The translations under genes and the position numbers were made by a program. A stretch of 33,575 nt of DNA from Folioceros fuciformis (lineage: Eukaryota), in NCBI GenBank assembly GCA_049999805.1, contig JBNGIO010004408.1, forward strand, positions 1 through 33,575. Reading direction: 5' to 3'. The stretch's first letter is position 1. Each line of letters starts with the position of its first letter. Below the pieces are notes generated by a model. It saw only the letters and a list, made by a program, of their open reading frames with translations, was not told the DNA's origin and made no database searches. Of this stretch, positions 1-9,230 are shown piece by piece.

Positions 1-34
1 AAATATCCAGTTACACAGTCGTGTGATCATCCAG

Positions 35-2288
35 GTCCTCGTTCTCGAAGCCTGTCTGCAAGGCTACAGTGGCAGAGGAGTGTGCTAGCATGAACTTTGG
101 AGAGGGTAGATGCCTCGGACACGCTCACGAAGGTTTTTCTATGAGCCCAGCGTCTGTTCGCGCATCGTAGTAAGTTTCAAATTTGGATCATTCCCGTTTA
201 AATTGAAGCCATCGAACCCTGAATCTGCTTGTAAGAGTGTGGATTTTGTTCCTGTAGGACATCAATTCGAGGTAAACATTTTTCAGTGTAACGTTCCCAG
301 CAGTGTATTTGAAGCTGAGCCCCACTGGACNNNNNNNNNNNNNNNNNNNNNNNNNNNNNNNNNNNNNNNNNNNNNNNNNNNNNNNNNNNNNNNNNNNNNN
401 NNNNNNNNNNNNNNNNNNNNNNNNNNNNNNCCACTGGACGCTACTAGCTAGATTCCATCACTGTGACAAGAAGCTGAGTTCTGCGTCTGTGGAGAGGGCA
501 CCGGCTATCCCTCGTGCGGAGTCTTGTGGTTTTGTAGAGGGGCGAGCATCTTTTGTCATCCGATTGTTGCAAGTTCATACAACTCTGCAGTGTTGAGTTC
601 ACGCACATGATACTCCACGTCTGTCGGAGGATTCGGTTTGCAGTCTTGTGGAACTGGAATGGACAAAATTGGATGCAGCCTTTTTTTGCAACCACAGTGA
701 TCATGTAGGCTGAAAAATATGAAGTAGGAAAGCTCCACTGTGATTGCAAGTACGATTGCACGCGCAGTCTAACTCGTTAGAAGGTAATTACTTGAAGCTG
801 CCTCAAACAGTGTTCAGTTCAGGCCATGGAGTTTGCGAACATGAGTTCTATAAGGCAAGGCAGTTGTCCTCAGACTTCTTCGGATGTGCACGGGAAACTA
901 ATGTCACCTTTTACCTCTTTGCTCGTCTGCGTAGATTGGGGTCTTCAAGCTTATAGGGATCGTGTGTCTTCGCAGTGTGCTGATGGATTGTCTGGAATAG
1001 AATGTAGTCTTCCTTCAACTACAGGCTGGCCCAGCTGGCTGCCGTATAAAACGTGGAGTTCATCTTTTCAAACACAGCAGTCCAAAGGACGTTGTAGTAA
1101 GACTGGAAGTTGAGGAGGTCCGACCTCTTATCGACGTTTATGACTTGCCAGCGGAGTTTAATGCTCATACGTTGCAGGTAATTACTCTCTTTTGGTTTCA
1201 GCCTTTCACTTTTTCTTTCGGAGAACGCCATGGTCATGAAGCAGTACTAATTCCCCCGCTCTGGTGCTGTTGCAGGGACGCCGGTTTGACTCTGAATGTG
1301 TGTCTGTCACCTCTATGGATCCATGTATGAAACTGTGTGGACAAGTGAGCTATATGGGTGCTGAGTTCTGTCCCTGATCAAGTTGCGTTTCTGGCTGCAC
1401 TTTTATCAGCCTAGAAAAGTGTTTTGAGATGTATGGCTTGGGGGCTTTTCCTGTCCTTTCAGTTTCAGCAGCAGCGCAGAATACTTGTTGTATTTACACT
1501 CTTGAAATTTCAGGTTTGGACGAGCGGATTGCTGTCTTGATTTGGCATGTACGTTCACCTGGTGTGGCCAGTAATCTGATGGAGATGGTGGTTGGTAAAC
1601 AAATTTGTGGTTATCGATAGGTACTTCGGCTGGCGTGGCTACTTCTCGGGTGACCACAATTTTGCTTGAAGAAATGCTTGGGCAGTCCTCTTGATACCCA
1701 CTGTCAAGCGTTTATGTGATGGTTGTGGCAACCCTTGTAGTTTTTCTCATGGGATGAAGAAGCCTGCTCTGCCCCAAAGCACATGTGGAACAGTGTGATG
1801 CTGGTGTACTAGGGCAGTACCATGAAGAACTAAAATTTTTCAACAACACAATACTGGGCAGACAACTGGGATTCCAATCCTTCATCTTGGAGGGGGAATC
1901 CCCTTGCTACGACCCTTAAAAGGATCTTGTGCTTCCTGCCATAACAAAGCTGTGGGCCAGGTATCACACGCATGCCTGGTGCCACAATATGATGTTATCT
2001 AGATCTTCGTCATCATCGTCCTGGGTTACAACGCAGCCACTAGAGGGCGGGAACAGTCTGTTCTATTTCAGTGGCAACTTCGGTCTACAAAATGCAACTT
2101 CGGAATAAATGCATTTGTGGACGGCGCGAAGGCCGGTATGCGTAAGCTGTTCCACTTCTCGTTGCAGAATCTCAGTAACCAAGTCCAGCTACAGCTGAGC
2201 AATTGAAACTAATCGTCTAGCGTGTGATGGCAGGTATGGCATGAGCATCCGGCAGAAGCTGGCTGAGCAGTTTGCCTCAGAACCGAAC
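35..2288 (+). pseudogene. Degraded exostosin-family (GT47) glycosyltransferase pseudogene with N-terminal EGF-like repeats (At3g57630-like)
   Basis: Hand translation gives collinear family motifs across shifting frames: CLQGYSGRGVC*HEL (~53-97), HCDKK..CVCGEGTGYP..AESCGF (~459-533), CDCKYDC (739-759), SGHGVCEHEF (~818-847), QCADGLSGIECSLPSTTGWPSWL (~973-1041), RPLIDVYDLPAEFN (~1121-1162), GRRFDSECV..TVWTSELYG (~1276-1358), FFSWDEEACSAPKHMWNSVMLVY*G..YWADNWD..WRGN.CYDP*KDLVLPA (1741-1940), LFYFSGNFG (~2058-2084), YGMSIRQKLAEQFASEPN (2235-2288). There are many in-frame stops and frameshifts. GT-AG introns are still visible (e.g. 1961-2036). The C-terminal part is missing. Confidence 0.88.
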
Positions 2289-2479
2289 CTTGCATTCACC
2301 TCGAAGCCCCTCGTGATGGGAAATGGGAGTTACGTGAACTTGATCAGAGAAGATGAGTCTGTGCAATTGTTAAGTAGACATGGTGAGAAGACGGTGGTTG
2401 TTGGCACAGGCAAGCCATGGGCTAAAGCGAGGCAAGGGCAAAACTCTTAAAGCGCATAGCAGGGTGTGTAGCAGTGATT

Positions 2480-3500
2480 GACCTAGAGCGACCCGGTCAT
2501 CAGGGTGTAGGCACAGGGACCACTGTCTTGAGCGCAAGAGAACGAGGTGGAGCCGGAGCGGTCAAATTGAAGAGATGAGGGAACTTTCCGGGGACGATGC
2601 GTATGCGAATTTGAACACCACAGGTGGTGTGGTGTGGTGGTACCTCGTTGAGGAGCAGTGTCACACTTTTCTTCCCCCGTTCAGATTGCTGAGTCTGTGG
2701 TGGGCCGGTTGTGTGTAACAGGTTCTCCACTACAATCTGCACCATGACGAGTGGCGCGCTGTAGATATGAGAAAAGCAGTTTGGCGTGCCAGACCGTTGC
2801 AGAAGGAGGCATTGATGAGAAGCACGCTTGAGGTGCCACATTTTTCCCGTCCCTGTTCACTTGGGGCACTAGGTAGTGTTACTGCTGGTTGGAGAGCGGT
2901 GTTACCAAGGCCGGTGGTAATGGTAATGGCCTGGCATGTAGATAGCAAGCAGGGGGTCCCCGTTTTTTAAGTGAAAGTCATGGAAGTGTGAAAAGTGCAC
3001 CAATCCCAAACGGGGAGGATGGAACTGTGCCTAGAATCACGCTGGTGCTCCTGTCTCCCTCCCCCCGATGAGAAGGGAGTGTGACGGTGTTCCAGCTTCA
3101 CCCAAAGATCTCATGTGTCGCCTTATCTCAAGCTTGTGGGGAGCGGATTGCGGAAGGGGGACAGTGCTGTGCTGTGTGTACTGGACTGGGTAATGGGACG
3201 GTGGGAAGCGCCAGTAAGAGGCGGGAAGCAGGGGATGATAGCCCCGTTGTGGCGGAACGGGATTGGAGAGTGAAGCCGGGCCCCGTCCAGCAGTCGTTGG
3301 TGCACTGTAGCAGTCAAGGCTGGTGCCACGACTGAGACGGACCTGGGTGGTGGCAGCAGATGGAATCAAATCCCGTTTCCCTTCCCGTTTGGTCGCCATC
3401 AAGGTACATGCTTCCAGGGCGGGGTGTGGACGGTAGATATATTTGGCGACTCCAGGCGGGTGCCGAGTGCGCTTCTCTGCCTGAAATGGCTCCCAACTGT
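2480..3500 (+). mobile_element. Possible highly degenerate non-LTR (L1-like) retrotransposon ORF2 C-terminal remnant
   Basis: Weak motif echoes in the expected order: TVLSARERGGAG (~2522-2557; cf. PKxxGGLG), LHPKIS...GERI...CCAVC (~3096-3179; cf. zf-RVT), YIWRL (~3438-3452; cf. WxIWxxRN). No RT core, poly-A tail or TSD was found. Confidence 0.28.
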
Positions 3501-3954
3501 AGAAGCCAGGACCCCACCCACATGTCGCTCATAACTCCCGTTGCAAATTAAACTGGCACTGTAGAGGGGGCGATCAGGAAGCCACCTTGCGGGGGCCTAC
3601 CTTGGGTGTACAGTTTGGGCACACGCCTTGTCCGGGGCCCTCGTTCTGACACCCCTTTTCAACCACCATGTGGCCCGTTCCGTTGGACTGTTGGGAACTT
3701 GGGGGGGGGAATAGCCTGTGCTGTGTGCAGCACACCCCACAGGTAGTATTCCATGGATGTGCGCCAGGAAGGGTGGAAACTAGGGCGGGCGTGGCAGGCA
3801 CGGGATTGGAATAGGTATTTGTGGGGGACGGCAAGGGATTGCAATGCAGATGTAAGATGCAGCGGGTCGCCCAAAGACGTTGGAATTCGACAAGAATCCC
3901 GATTCCGCTCGGCGGCTTTATTCTTGGGCGGCCAGCAGCGGGCGGTCCCGGGAA

Positions 3955-3994
3955 CAAGAGCAAGAGCAAGAGCAGGAGCAGGAGCACAGGAGCA
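3955..3994. repeat. Hexamer microsatellite (CAAGAG/CAGGAG)n
   Basis: caagagcaagagcaagagcaggagcaggagcacaggagca read directly. Confidence 0.85.
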
Positions 3995-5530
3995 GGGCAT
4001 GTATCTAAGCGAGTATGTATCTAGTTGCGAGTATGTGGTGCAGATGGCCAATGGGCATGTCGAGAGGAGTGTGGCCGGTCAGGGATGCGGACCCACAACC
4101 CATCCGGCTTCTTGTCAAGCCATGGATGGCTCTGGAGCTTCTGGCCCTGGGATTGTGAGCTTGAGGGATTCGCAGCGCCTTCCGACCGCTGCAGTGCAAG
4201 CGGGGCCAGCCACGGTGCCCCCAGCATACCCACACGTGAAGGCCACCCGTCGGTAGGCCCCATTCCTCTGCACCCTTGGTATCTCTGATCCTCTTTCCCC
4301 CGCAAGTGCTGCATATCTCCACGCTCTGCCCATGGCCTCATCACCTCACCGCTGTTTAAAACTCCTTCTTCTGCACGCACCTACACACCTCCCTTCACAT
4401 TGAGCTTGCAAGCTCTTGGAATGTCTCTAAATCATTTTCTATGAAGTTAACCTTGAATTGTACTGTTTTGTATGAACCTTCCTTTTTTTTTTTTCACTCC
4501 TTTCTCTTTCAATGTAGATAAAAGTTCTCATTTTTTTTTTTTTCTCCACATCTAATCTCGTTTCCATTAGCTAGGAAGTGAAGCGGACACATTATTGAAA
4601 AAACAAGATGTTCAAGAAAATGGTTGGAAGCCTACATGCATGAGACACATGAGATCTTCCAAAAGCGAGCACATGATCCAAAACGAGCTGGCTTCTTTTT
4701 TTGTGGGCATTGGTGATTAATAGGTTTGGCATCTACGATGGAATGTGAATGTTATCCCTTATTATCCGCCACAAAGGACATAGGCAACCATGCATGTATT
4801 GAGGAGGATACAACATACATTGAAGAGAGTATCACATACAAGGTTGTAAGTGAGAGGCATGCCGAGACAAAGAGATTTTTTCCTTGCCTTGTACCTTTTT
4901 TTGGTTTGGTTTGATATTAAAAGAGGGAATGTGGGGGGTGATCCATGACGTGTGGGAGTGGGACAAACTTGTTAACTACCTTGAACTACCCACATCTTGC
5001 TGCCCTTGAGGCTTTGTGGAATGTGCAATATAATACTTGTAAATTACTATCTAGCTAGATTCTATTTTACAGTATAAAAATAATTTTTATACTCAATTTT
5101 TAAAAAGAAGAAAAAAAAAGCCAAGTTGTTGTGGAAGGCCAAATTGTGTTGGTGTGCACTAATCGCACCGGGTTCGAGCATCCTCTCATGTTACCGTAGC
5201 CATAGGCAACACGATGGTGGGCAGTCTAGGAACGTCGTCCGGCGATTCCTTCAACACCAAGACACAGCAAGCGTTAGAGAAACGGAGCATGCTCGTGATC
5301 ATTCATACCACAACACGGGACGTACTGACCACCCGTATACACATATCATACAGACACAAAAGAAGAGCGTACAGCCAACGCCCCAAGGACGAGTAACTGC
5401 ACCCTCGACCAGCAGGAGCCACTTCCAGCAAGCAGCAAAGAGGGAAAGGAGGGAAAAAGGAAGAGCAATGCAGCAGGATTCCAAACACATATCTCATTCC
5501 CGTACAAGGCTCTCCAGGGAGAGCAGGTCC

Positions 5531-5613
5531 CGTCTTCGTCTTCGTCTTCGTCTTCGTCTTCGTCTTCGTCTCCGTCGCCGTCTCCGTCTCCGTCTCCGTC
5601 TCCGTCTCCGTCT
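5531..5613. repeat. Hexamer microsatellite (CGTCTT)n-(CGTCTC)n running into an assembly gap
   Basis: About 14 tandem hexamers directly before the N-run at 5614-5713. Confidence 0.95.
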
Positions 5614-6774
5614 NNNNNNNNNNNNNNNNNNNNNNNNNNNNNNNNNNNNNNNNNNNNNNNNNNNNNNNNNNNNNNNNNNNNNNNNNNNNNNNNNNNNNNN
5701 NNNNNNNNNNNNNTCCCCGTCCAGTCCTCCCTCAGTTGCAGTAGCAGCCCACCGGCCAACTCAGGCCAATTGTGTGCGACGAGGAGCGAGGGATTTCTGG
5801 GTTGCTGCGGTTTGCATTTGCGAAGGACCCATGTGCACGACATAAGTTACATGTGTTGTAATCATCGAGGTAATGGGCGGAAGGCTCACCTCCCGTCACT
5901 GCATCTGTTGACTGGTCAATCGGAGCATGATGAAGAAGGCCGAAGGCCCCAAGAAGGCCAGGAACCCATCGTGCTCGGGGAGGACGCGTTGCTTACAAGC
6001 GGCGGTTGTAGAGACTCGAGACGACAAAACACATACCAAGTCATGGCTGCTTTGGTCACCGCGTTGTCTCATTTTGACGGTCCATGTGAACCTGCGCCAG
6101 TGCAGACAAGACAAATTAGCCCGCCTCCAGCGAGCTTATGGAGATAAACTCCAATGGACATGAGGCTCCTGGCATTTTTCGGGAGGCAGTCCCCCCAGGC
6201 GCCTGCTTGTCTGCCACCCTGCTGCCGCAAGCTGTAAGTGCCTCCCTTCAAGCACGGCGCCTGTCGCCACCAGATTCTCCTTGACCGCATTAGACCGGGC
6301 ACAAGCCACATTTGTGCCGTGGTTACTGTTTTCAGGGACCCATTCAGTGCTGGCATTTGATTAGCAGCGGCCATAAAGGAGGAGTAATGCGACGCCTCCG
6401 ATGGAGGCGTACCAAGTGCCCCCTATTTAGTGTGGACGCCGTGGCACACACTCTGTCTCACTTACGGTACAGGAGGAGGAATGGGTTTCATTATGGGGTT
6501 AGATCTTGCTTAGCGCGGAGCCACGGCGCTTCCCTACCCCTCAATCATCACCGGCGCTGGATGTAATGGAGGCTGGCAGCAAAGACTCATCTAACTTTAG
6601 TGCCTATTAATCAGTGATTTCAGCAGGAAAAGAATGACAGCCTGAAAGCCTGTGAATGCCCTGTCTGCCTGCTGCGAGCGTCTCTGACATGCCCACTTGG
6701 AACATCGTCGCATTATACAGTGCAGAATGTGTGGATACCACGTAGCCTCCTTCCTTGTCACTGCCACCCGCCCC

Positions 6775-6838
6775 GTGGCGCTGGCAGTGGCAGTGGCAGT
6801 GGCGCTGGCCGTGGCAGTGGCGCTGGCCGTGGCCGTGG
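6775..6838. repeat. Degenerate hexamer repeat (GTGGCA/GTGGCC/CTGGCC)n
   Basis: gtggcgctggcagtggcagtggcagtggcgctggccgtggcagtggcgctggccgtggccgtgg. Confidence 0.85.
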
Positions 6839-7752
6839 GCTGGCGACGGAACCAGAAACAGAACCGGCCCCGCATGCCGGCACTGCAACGCATTCATGTG
6901 CTAGACGCCAAAACCTGCCCCCGGGTACACACTTGTGCTCCAGCTTCAGTACTTGCGGGGCCATTTAATATACTATATACTGACTTGTCATCAACTGGGG
7001 GGGCCGAGACCGGGGCACGGGCCGCGGCTGCTGCTCCTCCGCCTCCGCCTCCGCCATCACCATCCCACCAACAGGGTGGAGTGTCCTGCTGGCGACCGGG
7101 TCCAGCGTTGCAGGACGGGCGCGCGGTCCCTGCATAAACCCATGGCGAGTTGGAGAGAGGAGGGTGCCCGTCCAGCCCGGTCTGGGCCGGCACATACACG
7201 GGCCTAATCCTAGCTAGGCCCTACTACTCCTCCACCATCATGCACTTGCATGCATTCATTCTCTTGGAGCTAAAGAAAGGTTGCTTGCCTCGCAAGGGGC
7301 TCCATCCGATGGAATTAGCCTGCACTCCAGCTCACGTTGGGCTCATCAAAGCGATGTAGAGTAGAACGGAAGGCTGTGCTGCGCTGCATGTCGTGCCTAG
7401 TGACCTCATCTCCATAAACGCAAACCGGGCTCCAAGTTAATACTGGGACCACAACCCATCAATGCACACAAGAAAGTAGTCACCAGTCGTGACGGTATCA
7501 TGGCCTTCTCCATTCGCGTCTCTCTCACTGCTGCTAAGCAATGACGAAGAGGGAGCTCAATCACACAAGGCGGAGGAGTTCATCAAGAAGGAGATGTACA
7601 GTACATAAATCAAAGTGGCCCGGCGTGCCTGCTGCCTGCACCCTGCTTAAATTCCCATCATGCTTCCACATGCATGCCATGCGATATGAACATGGCGGTG
7701 GCGTCGGCGGCGAATAGTGCACCTCATCTGTCTGACCCTGCAATGATCCAAA

Positions 7753-7789
7753 GATCCACTGATCCACTGATCCACTGATCCACTGATCC
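7753..7789. repeat. Octamer tandem repeat (GATCCACT)n
   Basis: 4.5 perfect copies, preceded by a degenerate copy (gatccaaa). Confidence 0.9.
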
Positions 7790-8209
7790 CGGTCATCGGA
7801 CGCGAGAAATGGAAGCCCCTGGACCTGGACATGGACCTGGAGGTGGCGGTGCACTCAGGGTCACAATTCCCCTCCGGTAGCTTCCGATTTGGCGAAATCC
7901 CGGGGAGAATAACAGCCCGGAAATATTTTTAGAGCGTAGCCCTGATCGGGCCGCGAGCAACAGAAACGCATCCAGCAGATGCCGATGCTTCCCCCGGAGC
8001 CGACCACGCCTCGATTCTCGGCCCCCCAAGTCGGTCATCCTGTCCTGTCCTACTTCACTTTGTCTTGCGTGCACGGCCCCCGAGATCCCACACATGACCA
8101 ACCAGGGCATGGCGATGCGCATGCTCTTATCCTCATGTACCAAACACATACATAACCCCCACCTGATTATGGGATCCTTCACTTCTCCTCCACCCACACA
8201 CCCGTGTAC

Positions 8210-9142
8210 TTAGTGTTGAATGCGGTTGAATGCCGGTAAGAGTCCCCGCAAGCAGGCAGACAGTCTGGTAGCAGAGAATCGTAAGGACCCCAGCGAGGCC
8301 AGATCTGCAATCGACTGCTGGCCAGAAAAGGCCATGGAATGCGCGCGCTTCACTTTGATACTGCCTGCAATCGTACCTTTCGTCTCATTGCGGTGAAGGT
8401 GTGAGTGAAACCCCCAAGGACAGCTTTCCAACTCAGCCAGCCCATGCCGTGATGTCGACGGATGCCCTCATTCCTTGACCCCTGGCTCCACTTGTTGACT
8501 GCCTCTGCCTCTGCCTCTGCCTCTGCCTCTGCCTCTGCCTCTGCCTCTGCCTCTGCCTCTGCCTCTGCTTCTGCCTCTCTCAAATAAGACCAGGACTGGT
8601 GCTGTTGCTGGTGCTGGTGCTGGTGCTGGTGCCTGGCCGAGGTTTGCACCAACTTGCCGCTACCTGCGCATCTGTGAGCCTTGTGAGAGAGAAGACAAGC
8701 AAATCTCCACGCAACCAGAGCGTCACCTTTCATACCCAAAAAGGCCATGCATCCATGTCCATATGATCCACATACATATGTACTCACATATGTCCACTTT
8801 GCACACATGCTGTACAGGAGGAAGGTACAGCCGGGCCCATAGGATGTAACCAGACAAGACATCGTCATGGACTGGAGATCCAAAAGGAAACGGCAAGACC
8901 GCGGAGCGAGAGCAAGAAAGAGGAGGTGCGGCACGTCTGTCTGTCTGTCACGCACACCTTGTTCCAAGATAACAGCCGTCGATGTCGTCCCGGATGCCGA
9001 AGGACTGTAAACGACGGCGAGTACTGGAGAGCGAAGCAGGACAAGTGGAGGCGCAGGCGCAGGAGGCTGCTTGCCTCAATACATACATACCTCCTAGAAT
9101 TTGCTTACTGGCATACGCAATAGCCTCCCAGGTAGTGCGCAT
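8210..9142 (-). CDS. Candidate small spliced gene of unknown function (117 aa; alternative-frame isoform 149 aa)
   Basis: Predicted exons are 9142-9091, 9004-8958 (or 9023-8958), 8871-8788, 8679-8664 and 8364-8210. All introns are GT-AG (donors GTATGT, GTGTGC, GTGAGT, GTAGCG), three of four are 67-108 nt, and the phases join to 354 nt: MRTTWEAIAYASKQILGVLRHPGRHRRLLSWNKSMTMSCLVTSYGPGCTFLLYSMCAKWTYAHRCAGSIKVKRAHSMAFSGQQSIADLASLGSLRFSATRLSACLRGLLPAFNRIQH*. Simple repeats fall only in the predicted introns and leader. No family recognised; it could be a lncRNA. Confidence 0.5.
8499..8578. repeat. Hexamer microsatellite (GCCTCT)n, about 13 copies
   Basis: Read directly. It lies in predicted intron 4 of the candidate gene and is followed by (GCTGGT)n at ~8596-8635. 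Confidence 0.95.
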
Positions 9143-9146
9143 GAAT

Positions 9147-9230
9147 TCACGCGCCAGCAATCCAGAGCCGGTGGCAGGCAAGTTGGCGGACCGAGATGGA
9201 GAGGAGCGCAGGCAAACCGACAGGCACCAT
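9147..9230 (-). promoter_or_regulatory. Candidate upstream ORF (27 aa, MVPVGLPALLSISVRQLACHRLWIAGA*)
   Basis: ATG at 9230 and TGA at 9149-9147. Only 4 nt (ATTC) separate it from the downstream ATG at 9142. Confidence 0.4.

Noticed and set aside
322-439. Direct repeat ccactggac on both sides of the 100-N gap
   Set aside because: Most likely overlapping contig ends (an assembly artefact), since the pseudogene reading continues across it. Not a TSD.
1952-1990. WARYHTHAWCH, resembling the HAxxH motif of KDZ transposases
   Set aside because: It reads through the exostosin pseudogene donor site into an intron, and no other transposase motifs are present.
5126-5845. 239-aa ORF with poly-RL, and the opposite-strand ORF with poly-DG/DE
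   Set aside because: Produced by a hexamer microsatellite plus an N gap; no domain.
7540-7562. gaagagggagctc, similar to the 3' end of miR159/miR319
   Set aside because: Only a partial match, and no complementary star arm is visible nearby.
8350-8967. 205-aa minus-strand ORF with poly-EA and HQ tracts
   Set aside because: It runs through predicted introns and microsatellites. Only the exon 3 and 4 portions are considered meaningful.
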